From positions 147,250,001-147,314,000 of the forward strand of contig OZ024740.1 in the NCBI GenBank assembly GCA_964016885.1: DNA of 64,000 bases. The letters run 5' to 3'. The position numbers were made by a program, and so were the translations under genes. Under the pieces are notes generated by a model that was not told where the DNA came from, did not search any database, and worked only from the letters and a program-made list of their open reading frames with translations. Shown piece after piece: positions 38,745 to 50,742 of the stretch (positions are counted from its first letter, which is position 1; every line of letters begins with the position of its first letter). This DNA is from Eledone cirrhosa. Its lineage: Eukaryota.

Positions 38745-39137
38745 GGAGAGTCCAGGAAGATATTGCTATGCAGAGACTCAACCTGTCTGTTAGAAAGAAA
38801 TACTGTCAAATCTTCCTCAAAGTATATCCTATCTGATGAAAGGAAGGATTACATCGAAGTCATAGATCATATTCGGTCTAAAAAAAACAAGATGGGAGAT
38901 TTTTAATCGTAAGGTTTGCTTGAATGGGGATACTTTGGAGTTAAACAACAAAACTTCTGGTATGACTTTAATCTGTCGCCCAGTTGTATACCCTTATTAG
39001 GCTATTGGGTAACTTTAACGGAGTTTGCACTGCTGCAAGCATTCGGGCCAAACTTTCAGTTTTAGAATAACTTCTTCCTCCCTTCTCAATATTCTCTGAG
39101 GCTCTGAAAATATAAGGGGTCATGGGCACTGTACTTA

Positions 39138-39293
39138 CCATATTTCCCAGTGTCGAAGACGCTACCTTTTTCCTAAAATAAGTCTTAAAAATCTACCATG
39201 CGTCCTGGAGGCCGAAGGTTGTTTGTTATTTTTTTTTTTTTCAAATTTTTGGTTGTCAAAATTAGGGTGCGTCTTCGGCGCCGTGAAATACGG
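39138..39293. mobile_element. pogo/Tc1-mariner-type MITE
   Basis: TA-CCATATTTC...GAAGACGC and GCGTCTTC...GAAATACGG-TA termini with a TA TSD. Confidence 0.7.
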
Positions 39294-39547
39294 TACATCC
39301 TTAACTTAGCAGTATCACCCGAGGTGACGTTGCGAGCGTACGGGCTTGCCTAAAAAATTAGAGAGGTTTCCCAGTGCTCCTTGCGATACTGTTATCTTTT
39401 ACTCTGGTAGCGGCTCGGTTGTCCATCCTTTTCGCCTGCCCTTTGTTGTATGTGGTCCCAGATGTGTTTTTTTTTCTTTTCTCTTTCTTTTCCCTTTCCC
39501 ATATATTTGTTTGTGCTTTGTTCTGTAAGCATAATATTATTATATTG

Positions 39548-39927
39548 GATGGATTAGCAGTATCGGTAGAGAGTCGGACACCATGCTTTGAAGCATAGAG
39601 TTACTTCCCTTTACGATCTGAGTTCAAATCCCGCCGAGGTTAACTTTGCCTTTCATCCTTTAGGGGTCGATAAAATAAAGTACCAGTAATACACTGGGTT
39701 ATTGCTGGCCTTGTGCCAAAAGTAGAAACAATTATTATATTGGATTGGCAGTATCGATAGAGAGTCGGACGCCATGCTTTCCATCATAGTTACGCCCCTT
39801 TACAGACTGAGTTCAAATCCCGCCGAGGTTAACTTTGCCTTTCATCCTTACGGGGTTGATAAAATAAAGTACCAGTAATGTACTGGGTAATTGCTGGCCT
39901 TGTGCCAAATGTAGAAACAATTATTAT
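39548..39927 (+). mobile_element. Head-to-tail dimer of tRNA-derived SINEs
   Basis: Two full copies, 39548-39737 and 39740-39927. Confidence 0.85.
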
Positions 39928-40852
39928 ATCTCTTTTTTTTATACAACAATAATAAAACCCTTCTCTAACGAAGGACCATTTCTAACACGCTGTATACTAG
40001 CTTATTTAAGTTGGAGAACTTTAAAGCTCATAGAGTTCGCCGACTTAAGTAAAAAAGAAAAAAAAAACTAAGTTTATATAGTACACTTTGAAAATTTTAA
40101 TGATTATTTCTAATTTAGGCACAAGACCAGCACTTTTTGGGATAAGGAAAAGTCAATTAAATCGATGCCAATACGTGAATTGGTACTTTATTTTATCGAC
40201 TCAGGGAGGATGAAAGGCAAAGTTGACCCTAGCGAGATTTGAAGTCAGAACCTAAAGAGCTGGAATAAATACAGAAAAGGTTTTTCACCGACGCTTTAAT
40301 GATTCAATCCACCATCTTGCATACCAAGAAAATGTTAATAACAGTTACAGGTTACCTGTAGCCGCTCAACCTGCTAGAAATAGCAGTAAAATCCTCCTCA
40401 AATAACACACTACCGTTTTTAAAACTGGAAGGACACTGTGATGATATTGTTTCAGCATATCACCTGAAATTAGCAAAATAGTAAACAAAGATATCAAAAG
40501 TATGAATTTTGGTCAAACTACTTTACTCGATTATCTCAACTATTATTTTTAGTTATCGACTATTGTTATAGTCATTTATATCGGGACAGCTAAATTTCAA
40601 ACTTTTCCAATGTTTCATAAGTCAACTAGATATTCACACAAAAAATACTCATAGTCAAATATTTTATAATGTATGCAAAAAATATATTTGTACTTTCATG
40701 AAATATGTGGGCATCATCGGACACCTCTGCTATATGTATATATATATATATATAAATATTTAATTAGTGGTAGCACTATGACAGCATTTAAGCATAGCAG
40801 AGGTTTATAGGGAAACATATAGACACATATTATACATTTATATATTATATAT

Positions 40853-42108
40853 AGTGAAGAATTTAGCGTAAAAGTTGGTGTTCATCAGGGCTCTGTCCTT
40901 AACCCCCTCCTATTTATTATTGCTCTTCAGGCTATAACAGAGGAGTTCAAGACCGGCTGCCCATGGGAACTTCTATACTCAGATGATCTAACGCTCATAG
41001 CTGATTCAATGGCTGAACTAGAGAAGAAATTCCAAACTTGGAAGCATGGCCTAGAATCAAAAGGCCTTAAAATTAACTTGTCTAAGACTAAAGTTCTAGT
41101 ATGTAGGAAAGAAAATAGGGCACTGGTCCCCTCTGGGAAATGGCCATGCTCAGTGTATAGGAAAGGGGTAGGCAGAAACTCCATTTTATGTCCCAAATGC
41201 AAAGTATGGGTGCATAAAAGATGTAGTGGGATCACAGGTAAACTAACCAAGAACATAGATTTTATATGTAGCCCGTGCTCAAGTGCAATAAGTAGTAGCA
41301 AGGGCCAACAGGATACTAACTCCTTCCATTACCCAGATGGTTCTATAGAAATAATAGACACCTTCCGTTACCTGGGTGACAAAATCAGCAGTGAAAGTAC
41401 AGTAGCTAGATCAGAACGGGATGGAAAAAGTTCAGAGAGCTTATATCACTATTGGCCGCTAAAGGTTTCTCCATAAAAATGAAAGGCAGGCTGTATGATG
41501 CCTGCATACCAACAGCAATGTTACATGGTAGTGAGACATGGGCATTGTGTACAGAGGATCTGTGCAGACTGGAGAGGAATTAAGCTTGCATGCTCCGTTG
41601 GATGTGTAATAGTAATATACGTGAACGGCAAAGCATAAATGAACTAAGTGAGAAATTAGGAATAAGAGGGATCAGATGCTGTTTACTTGAGAGAAGACTA
41701 CGTTGGTATGGTCACGTAATGCGCATGAAAGACAGCTGTATAAAAAAGTGCAGGGCAATCAAAATAGACGGAAGCTATGGAGTAGGTAAACCCAGAAAAA
41801 CCTTGGACGATTTGATAAATTCCAACCTTACACACTTACACCTCTCCAAGACAATGTCACTGGACCGAGATCTTTGGCGCTACGCAGTAATACAGAAGAC
41901 CCGCCTTGCCTAAGTACAAAGGTAACACGGTAAAAACCTCCCAGGCCACACTGTAAACGTGGTTGGTGTTAGGAAGGGCATCCAGCCGTAGAAAAGCCGC
42001 CAGACAGTCCTCTACAAGCAAGACAACCAATCTTGCCTCACGTGGGGCAATTCCCGTCTAAACCCATGCTAGCATGGAAGATAGACGTTAAACGATGATG
42101 ATGATGAT
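40853..42108 (+). mobile_element. RTE-BovB-like LINE, 5'-truncated, (GAT)n tail
   Basis: VGVHQGSVL, CPWELLYSDDL, CPKCKVWVHKRCSG and RRLRWYGHVMRM motifs; ends in GACGTTAAACGATGATGATGAT. Confidence 0.92.
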
Positions 42109-42779
42109 ATGAGTAGCCTCTCTATCAAAGAAAAATATTTTTCTCTTTATGAAAAAATTTCATTTTTCTCTATTTTCCTCTGTGAATATATCACAGATTT
42201 GCCAGTATGTTTTCAGAATGTCTGACAGTGCTGTTTCAAGATTTGTTTATCTTTAATCAGTGACAATAACTCAGCCTGTATTAGCTTGGAAATAGAGCAG
42301 AGTCTATATAGAATTTTGCATGATGACCATTTCCTTGAGATTCTCATTTGCATATAGTGCAAACTTGGCTGTTTATATTTAATTGGTAGTAACATCAAGA
42401 CAGAATTTAAACATAATAGAGGTGCATATGAAAACATACAAACATATATTATATGTTTATATACATGATGAGGTTAACTTTGCCTTTCATCCTTATGGGG
42501 TCGATAAAATAAAGTACCAGTAATGCACTGGATAATTGCTGGTCTTGTGCCAAAAGTAGAAACAATTATATGTTTATATACAATAAACATATGGGTAGCA
42601 ACACTATTGAAGAAAAATATTATTTTCTTAATAAAAAAAATTTTGGGTTTCTCTATTTTCCTTTGTCTTAGTGCTACCAAATATAAGCATCCAAGTTAGC
42701 ACTATATGCAAATGACCATTTCCAGCTGATGTTTTCCATTTGCTATATACAAATGAACACATCCAGCAAATGACTTTAT

Positions 42780-43330
42780 TCTTCATCTTCTCCCACTTAG
42801 GGTTGTTGGGGTAGAGTCCTCAAACACTGTTCCAGCGGGTCCTGTCAGAAGCAATCGTCTCCAATTGATCCGGCTGGATCTCGAAGTGAGACCAGCCAAG
42901 CTTGTGGATTTTATTCTATCATCTTGCTTGGTGTCTACCCTTGGGTCTCCTGCTGGTTCGTTTTGCCCGTAAAATCTGTCCAGTGATTCTCTCCTGAGAC
43001 ATTCTAACCACATGCCCCTAGTATCAGAGCTGGGATCTCTTAATTCGGAGAAGTAGTAGCTCTACCTGGAGTGACTCTCTGATCTCTGAGCTACGCTCTC
43101 TATTGAGTAACATTATCCAAACACTCTTCAGAGGAACCCCATTTCAGCCGCTTGCATTTGCGATTATATTCTTTTGATAATTACCCAAGATTCATGGTGA
43201 TAGGTAAGGGTTGGCACAAATATCAAATTGATAGTAAGTTTGTCTTTTACACCTCCTCCCTTCTTTTGATTACCGAATGCTGAAGCTGGCGCATTACTGC
43301 ACCAGTTTCTGCAATTCTTGTACTTAATTA
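42780..43330 (-). mobile_element. RTE-type LINE 3' fragment ((GAA)n family)
   Basis: Similar to 19611-20200. Confidence 0.7.
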
Positions 43331-44030
43331 ATTTTGTTATTGATTGTCTCTGATCTCTGATTCTTTGCTGGATGTTCGTGTTAAGAGAGAGGCTAAGTTG
43401 TCAACTGATCACCATCTAGTTATCTGCAACTTGAGACAACCTAAAGCCAAAGAAACCTACAAAACTGGCAGGTCGAGGGTGACATACAGGGTAAAGTAGG
43501 AAGTATTGGTGGATAAGGAAGTCAGGACCAGGTATGCAGATACTATTGCATCCAATACCTATTAACTTTTAAAATTTAAAACCTAAAATATTATTCATTA
43601 CTCTGAACTAACTTAAATTAAATATTTTGAATATTAACGGTCAACCAAATAAGTTTAGATATATATTGTATATATGGATAATTGTCTATAAACTTGAACA
43701 TAAATTATTCCCCTTTGTCTCTCTCTCTCTTTAATCATCTCTCTTTTGTCTTTCGAGGCACCTACTAACTATATTATCCCATCAGCTCTTTCTTCCTCTA
43801 TGCTTTCCTTTCTTTCCTCTTCCTTCAGTAATTTAAATTTTTTTAACAGTTATATTGATGCCATGTATTTTTTTAAGCTGTATAATACGCACCCTCTCTA
43901 TTGTATGTATTATATATTTTTCTCATGTTCTCAATATTAAGGTATAAATATTGAGTTTTGTCATATATTACTCACTACCATGACTGAATATTAACCATCT
44001 AGTATGTCAGGGTATGTCATGCATCATCTT

Positions 44031-44444
44031 ATTTTATCTGATGAGGACGTACTGTTGAACTTAACTCAGTACCTCTGAAATCATCACCATCATTTCATTT
44101 CATTTTACATCCGCCTTTTCCCTGCTTGCAAGGGTGGGACGGGAACTGATACTGGCTTGATTTCTACAGCTGGATGCCCTTCCTAACACCAACCTCATTT
44201 ACAGTGAGTACTGGGTGCTTTTTTGCCGTGGCACCTACACGTCCACTTTGCAGTGGCATGATAGGGACCTCAGTCCCTGTCATCTCATTTCTACAGCTGA
44301 GTAAACTGGAGCAATGTGAAATAAAGTGTCTTGCTCAAGGAAACAACACATCACCCGGTCTGAGAATTGAACTCACAACCTTTCGATTGCAAGGCCAATG
44401 CTCTAACCACTAAGCCATATGCCTCCAAATATGTATAATAAAAT
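44031..44444 (+). ncRNA. Hammerhead ribozyme interrupted by a SINE
   Basis: ATTTTAT-CTGATGA-GG.GTACTG..CAGTAC.CTCT-GAAAT [SINE 44082-44426, AAAT duplicated] ATGTAT-A-ATAAAAT. Removing the insert restores a 7-bp stem I. Confidence 0.65.
44082..44426 (-). mobile_element. tRNA-head SINE with CCTTGAGCAAGACACTT central domain and RTE-derived 3' tail
   Basis: Minus strand GGAGGCATATGGCTTAGTGGTTAGAGC...GTGAGTTCAATTCTC. The tail GTTAGGAAGGGCATCCAGC is shared with the RTE 3' UTR. Confidence 0.8.
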
Positions 44445-44485
44445 ATACTTGATCACAAGAATATCTATTTTGTTAATATTTTGAA

Positions 44486-44552
<67 letters not shown>

Positions 44553-44660
44553 AAATTATATTTATATATATATATATATATATGTATAAAGAAAAAGAGA
44601 TGAAATCGAAAATGCAACTGGAGTCTTATTTTTAAAAAAAATATATATATTTATTTGGTT

Positions 44661-44698
44661 CCTTTACCGGTTTCGCAGTTCTTCTGCTTTTCAAAAGG
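44661..44698 (-). ncRNA. Minimal hammerhead ribozyme with U3-A8 variant core
   Basis: Minus strand CCTT-TTGAAAA-GCAG AAGAA CTGC-GAA-ACCGGT-A-AAGG; all three stems are perfect. Confidence 0.7.
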
Positions 44699-45287
44699 TG
44701 AGTTGAGATGGAGGGTCTGTGGTTTTTAAAAATGATGTCTAACTTCTCTCTTAGCGGCTGTATATCCTTCTCTACTCCCACCCTTTTTCCAAGCCTTCCA
44801 TGCTAGTCTTTTGTCTCTAATGGCCTTATCTACTGTGCTGTTCCACCACCAGGTCACTCTCTGTCTGGTTGGAGCTTTGCTCCAGCCACAAGTTTCATAA
44901 GTAGCCTGCAGTAAGTTGTCACGTAAGAAATTCCAGTTATTATCTATGTCATATGTCTCTAAATCGTCTTCTTTTTCGTCATACACATCTTGAAGGGCTT
45001 TCCTAAATTTGTATTTTAGTGAAAGGTCTTTTAGCCTCCAGACCTTTCTTCTCCACACCTTCCTGTATGTCTCATTCCATCTCTTGCTTACTGAGATATC
45101 ACTAACGACTAACCTATGCTGTAGGGTACATTCTTCCCCAGGGTATGCCTTGGTATTAGACACTATCTGCCTGTCCCGCTGCCTAACTAGTAAGAAGTCA
45201 ATCTGGCTTATGTGCTCGCCAGATTTGTAGGTTATTAGGTGGTTGGCAGGTTTCTGGAAGTTAGTGTTGCAAATAGTCAGTGTACTT

Positions 45288-45632
45288 CATCATCATCATC
45301 ATCATCATCATCATTTTACGTCCGCTTTTCCCTGCTTGCAAGGGTGGGACGGGAACTGATTCTGGCTTGATTTCTACAGTTGGATGCCCTTCCTAACACC
45401 AACCTCATTTACAGTGAGTGCTGGGTGCTTTTTTGCCGTGGCACCTCCACGACCACTTTACAGTGGAATGATATGAACCTCAGTCCCTATCATCTACAAC
45501 TGAGTAAACTGGAGCTATGTGAAATAAAGTGTCTTGCTCAAGGAAACAACACATCATCCAGTCTGAGAATTGAACTCACAATCTTTGGATTGCAAGGCTA
45601 ATGCTCTAACCACTAAGCCATGTGCCTCCATA
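45288..45632 (-). mobile_element. tRNA-head/RTE-tail SINE (same family as 44082)
   Basis: Near-identical to 44082-44426; (GAT)n tail; TACTT flanks both sides. Confidence 0.8.
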
Positions 45633-45785
45633 TACTAAGCCATGTGCCTCCATATACTAAGCCATGTGCCTCCCTATTAAGCCATGTGCCTCCATATACT
45701 AAGCCATGTGCCTCCATATACTAAGCCATGTGCCTCCATATACTAAGCCATGTGCCTCCATATACTAAGCCATGTGCCTCCATAT
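45613..45785. repeat. 22-bp tandem array (CTAAGCCATGTGCCTCCATATA) x about 8
   Basis: Direct reading; the unit equals the SINE 5' end. Confidence 0.9.
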
Positions 45786-46140
45786 TTACTTGCATCACAA
45801 AATTCAAGAAGTCTCACTCCTTCTTCATTTCTTGAGCCGTAACCGTGCCCATGTACCCCAGTGTAAGCATCCTGGAGCTGTCCAACATGACCATTGAAGT
45901 CCCCTGCTAGCATAACGATGTCTCCGTCCTCTGTCATTGTGGTTGTTTGTAAAGGTTGCTCGTAAAAGCAGTCTTTCTCTTCTTTGCCTAGGCCTGGGGA
46001 GCATAGGCAGAGATGATTGTCAGTAGTCTCCTGCTTACAACTAATCTAAGCTTAATTATTTGATTACTAACTCGAACTACCGCTATTGTCTTATTTATTC
46101 ATCTCTCAGCCAGAGAGATGGATATATATATATATATATA

Positions 46141-47044
46141 TCATCATCATCATCATCGTTTAACGTCCACCTTCCACGCTAGCATGGGTTAGACGGGAGT
46201 TGTCCCATTTGAGGCAAGGTTGGTCGGGTGACCGTGTCTCGCTCATATAGGACTATCTGGCAGGTTTTCTACGGCTGGATGCCCTTCATAACACCAACCA
46301 CATTTACAGTGTGGAACTGGGAACTTTTTACTATGTTACCTACACGGCCACATTACAGTGTGGACTGTGTGTTTTTTTGTGTTTTATTTTTGTCGTGACA
46401 CCTACATGATCTTGATCTCATTATCTCATTTATTTGGACTGGATGTTGTGGTACCAACTTTACAGAGAGAGGTTAGTGGGAGGATAGGGTAGGAGTAGTG
46501 GATTGGTGTGTATATTTGGTTAGGAGGTGCCTACTGACTGTAGGTTTCGCTTTGTACATAGGCAAGGCGGGACTTCTGTATTACTGCGTAGCACCAAAGA
46601 TCTCGGTCCAGTGACATTGTCTTAGAGAAGTGCAAGTGTGTAAGGTCGGAATTTATCAGATCGTCACAGGTTTTTCTGGGTCTACCTACTCCCTAACTAC
46701 TATCAATTTTGATCGCCCTGCACTTTTTTATGCAGCTGTCGTCTTTCATGCGCATCACGTGACCATACCAACGTAGTCTTCTCTCAAGTAAACAGCATCT
46801 GATCCCTCTTATTCCTAATTTCTCACTTAGTTCATTTATGCTTTGCTGTTCACGTATATTACTATTACACATCCAACGGAGCATGCATGCTTCGTTCCTT
46901 TCCAGTCTGCGCAGGTCCTCTGCACACAATGCCCATGTCTTACTGCCATGTAGCATTGCTGTTCGTATGCAGGCATCATACAATCTGCCTTTCATTTTTA
47001 GAGAGAAACCTTTTGTGGCCAACAGCGGTATAAGCTCTCTGAAC

Positions 47045-47045
<1 letters not shown>
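46141..47045 (-). mobile_element. RTE-BovB-like LINE 3' fragment
   Basis: ORF 46693..47022 is nearly identical to 41460-41770; (GAT)n tail. Confidence 0.9.
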
Positions 47046-47081
<36 letters not shown>

Positions 47082-47409
47082 TTTATGTATGTATATATAT
47101 ATATATATATTTTATGTATATATATATCATCATCATCATCGTTTAATGTCTATCTTCCACGCTAGCATGGGTTTAGATGGGAATTGTCCCACTTGAGGCA
47201 AGATTGGTCGCCTCGCTCATATAGGACTGTCTGGCAGGTTTTCTACGGCTAGATGCCCTTCCTAACACCAACCACGTTTACAGCCAAAATTAAGATAAAT
47301 CAAAGGGAATTTAATCTAAATCAAAATTATGGGTGTCATGCCAGAAAGGCATGCGCCATATCACTCATAAAATAAGCTCCAAGATTCTAATGAATAGGTC
47401 CGAGCATTT

Positions 47410-47724
47410 TATAACAACTAGAAATTGATTAACATATAAATAAACATATGAAACAATCACAGGGGATAATTTTTACAAGTGTGTAAGCACACATAGCTAG
47501 GTAGGTAAGTAAATAAAGTTAACTAGAACTTCAAAAATAGATACCTTATAATATGATTAATCTTCCCTGTATATATTCCATTAAAGAAATAGATTTCACC
47601 AATTAATCGAATGGTAAACCACAGAGGCCGATACTTGGATTGTGTGCTTACACACTTGTAAAAATTATCCCCTGTGATTGTTTCATATGTTTATTTATAT
47701 GTTAATCAATTTCTAGTTGTTATA
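47410..47724. repeat. Fold-back with perfect arms of about 84 bp (47410-47493 and 47641-47724)
   Basis: Direct reverse-complement match. Confidence 0.9.
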
Positions 47725-48464
47725 TATATATGTACTGGTCTTGTTTAAATCCAGGTTTGCTCTGACCCAGTAGATATATTGATCTCATATTTTAGTGATG
47801 TGTAGCATTCTCAACCTTGATTTCAATGTAGCTGCCATGACCTTGCTTCTCAGAGACAGTTCGCCTGGCTGACAATTAAGTATTCCAGGGCTTCTGTATG
47901 ACTCTTGAGATTATGGACCGGCATTGGAAAAGTTCCTTGCAAGCCTGAGCAAGTGTTTCTTTAATATGGAAAGCCAGCAGAGCCCATGCATACAAGTCCC
48001 CCTCCCCCCCTACACACCACTGATGTGGTTCAAGAGAAAGGCAAATGTTGATACAGCTTGTCATAAGCACTGACATTAGAATGCCCCCCAAAAAGTGCAC
48101 TCAACTACAAAAAAAATCACTTTAACATAAAAGTCAATAAATAAAAGTAACAACCATTTTAGCATAGTAAAATAGTTATAATATGGGGAGTAAAAAAAAG
48201 TACATGATGCAGAAATAGTTCCTGGGAAATATTCTTATGGTTTACATATATATGTTGTTTTTTCACGTTTTCCTATTTTCTCTTTTCTACAGATTTACCA
48301 GTGTCCAGTAATCATTGTTGCTGCTATTATTGTTATATATCTACTTGGGCAGATCTTTTGTTTGGATTTTCACTTGATGTTCATAGACACGGCATACTAG
48401 TGTCTTATGACTACATAAGAAAGTGCAATAGTCATAAGACACTGGCTATTGCACATTTTAAACT

Positions 48465-48894
48465 ATGACTTTTCAAAGTGCATTACCCCAACTCAGATGT
48501 TTATTCAGATGTTTGAATGCTAATACTCATGGTAGACATTGGTGCAATTATTTCAGACAAGTGCTAAATCCTCATAAAAGAACACTATTACATTTTAAAT
48601 ACATACAGTCATCTTTATCATCTTCATCATCATTATCATCTGGGACCTTTATTCGTAATATGACACTGCAATCAAGTAATAATAAAATTGATAGAAAAGT
48701 TTACCTCGCTTACATCAGCAGCTTATTAAAAGAATTCAATGAGCTTCAAATGCGACGTTTGACACCTGAAGGAGAGGCAGGTTTAACAGGCCAGGAAAGG
48801 GAGAGGTACAAGCAGCTAATGCCTGTTGCATTGAAGATTCAAGATATGTTTACAAAACAGAAAGAACAGGAAGAACTTAAAGAACTATTATCTG
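48465..48894 (+). CDS. MTRF1L: Mitochondrial peptide chain release factor 1-like, first coding exon (exon begins in the 5' UTR at about 48293)
   Basis: Acceptor TTTTCTACAG upstream; ATG at 48465. The Arg/Leu/Ser-rich, acid-poor N-terminus looks like a transit peptide and is followed by a helical domain. Donor G|GTAAGC, phase 1, frame-compatible with the next exon. Confidence 0.75.
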
Positions 48895-49029
48895 GTAAGC
48901 ATGTTTCTTCTTTTGTGTATATGTATATATATTTTTGACAAGAGACTTGATCCAAAATACAATTTCAGCAAATGTATTGTTTTTGTTGTTTGTTCTGTGT
49001 GTGTATATACATACATATATATATTTATA

Positions 49030-50540
49030 TCATCATCATTGCTTTTACGCCCACTTTTCCATGTTTACATGGGTTGAATGGTTAGCTGTGATAGAGGTAG
49101 ACCAAGACAGACCTCTGCCCAGGTCTGTCTTGGTCTACCTCTACTGGCATTTTCTGGCACTTCTTCACCCAATAATCATTGTCCATATGCATCATATGTC
49201 CAAACCAATGCAGTCTTCTCTCCTGCACACCACCTCGGATTCCTCTTAAACCCAGCTTCTCCCTTAATTTGTCAAAGCTATGCCTTTCTTTCACACTTAC
49301 ATCCAATGGAGCATGGTTGCTTCATTTCTCTCCAGTCTACACATGTCCTCTGCAGTCACATCCCATGTTTCATTACCATGCTGTATCACACTTCGCACAC
49401 AACCATCACACAGTCAACCTTTTGTATGTAGGGAGAAACCTCTTGTGGTCAACAGTGGGAGTAGCTCTCTGAACTTTTTTCTTTATTCTATCTATTATGT
49501 TCCCAGAGCACCCTCCTCCATTGCTAATTACGTCTGTTAGAAGCTATCAACCACTTCTATGGGATCTTCCTGTGCCTGGAATAGGTTTACATCACTGGCT
49601 ATCTTCCCCTCAGTTACCCCTGTGCACCTTTTACAAACAAAGTCTTCCCTTCCTGTGTTAGTCTACATGTTATCCTACTACATCTCTTGTGTATTCAAGA
49701 TTTACATTATCTACATCATATGGAGTTTATGCTTACTCCCTTTCTACATATTGAGCAGGGCCTCTTCCCTGAAGGAATCAGGGTCCTATCTTCTTTCTTA
49801 CTCACTAGTATTTTAGTTTTGGTTAAGTTTACTCTCAAGCCTTTTGATTCTAAAGTCTGTTTCCTTCATCAGAATTTATTTTCTAGATCTTCAATGGATT
49901 TAGCTATAAGGACCAGATCATCTGCATAGAGAAGTTCCCATGGGCAACCAGTCTTAAACTCCGCTGTTATAGCCTGAAGAACTATAATGAACAGTAGGGG
50001 CAAGAACTGAACCTTAATGAACTTGTACCTTGAATTCCTCACTAAACTCATTTCGTACTCTCACTTTGCTGACAGCTTTTCTGTATATGGCTTGCACTGC
50101 TATCACCAATCATTCTTCCATACCTAATTTCCTTGACCACCAGATAGATCAGGGTACTCTGTCAAATGCTTTTTCTAGATCAATGAAAGCTAGGTATAGT
50201 GGCTTATTTCTGGCTAACAACTTCTCTTGTAGTTGCTTCACTGAAGAGAAGGTGTCTGTAGCACTTTTTCCAAGCATGAAACCAAACTGCATTTCATCTA
50301 ATTAGTTGCGCTATAACTTTTCCATCACTTTCATAACTTGGTCCATTAGTTTCATTCCTCTATAGTTGCTCCTTTCTAGGGCATTACCTTTGCCGTTGTA
50401 GCAATTTATGATTGTACTGCTGCACCAATCATGATTGATATGAGGTCAAATGGCTGGTTTCCTGAAATTTGTGTTGCAAATGGTTAGTTCATTTGTGTCA
50501 CAGAATTCCAGGAGCCTCAATCCCTCTTCATTTCTTGATG
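49030..50540 (-). mobile_element. Decayed RTE-BovB-like LINE (intronic, antisense)
   Basis: CPWELLYADDLVLIA and RRLHWFGHMMHM motifs. Confidence 0.85.
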
Positions 50541-50731
50541 TGTAAAATTCCCATTATAGCTTTAGTTACAAATCCATTTAAGTTGAATTCTAAACACCAG
50601 AATAATTATTTTTATCATCACAGTTTAATGTCTATTTTCTAGGTTTGCATGGGTTAGATGAGCTGTCTCAAACTGATGTTTAGAATACAACTTAAATGGA
50701 TTTGTAACTAAAGCTATATTGGAAATTTTAC
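50541..50731. repeat. Imperfect fold-back with arms of about 60 bp
   Basis: TATAGCTTTAGTTACAAATCCATTTAAGTTG and CAACTTAAATGGATTTGTAACTAAAGCTATA. Confidence 0.75.
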
Positions 50732-50742
50732 TCACTGAAATT

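Larger units (their letters stand above)
44727..46110 (-). mobile_element. RTE-BovB-like LINE endonuclease region, split by SINE 45288-45786
   Basis: MLAGDFNGHVG, RNEEGVRLLEFCDAS, QHRLVVSD and TWWWN motifs. Confidence 0.85.

Noticed and set aside
39296-39440. GC-richer patch with TGACGT as a possible MTRF1L promoter
   Set aside because: No exon or donor site could be tied to it from sequence alone.
45613-45785. CRISPR-like appearance of the 22-bp repeats
   Set aside because: No unique spacers, eukaryotic context, and the unit derives from a SINE 5' end.
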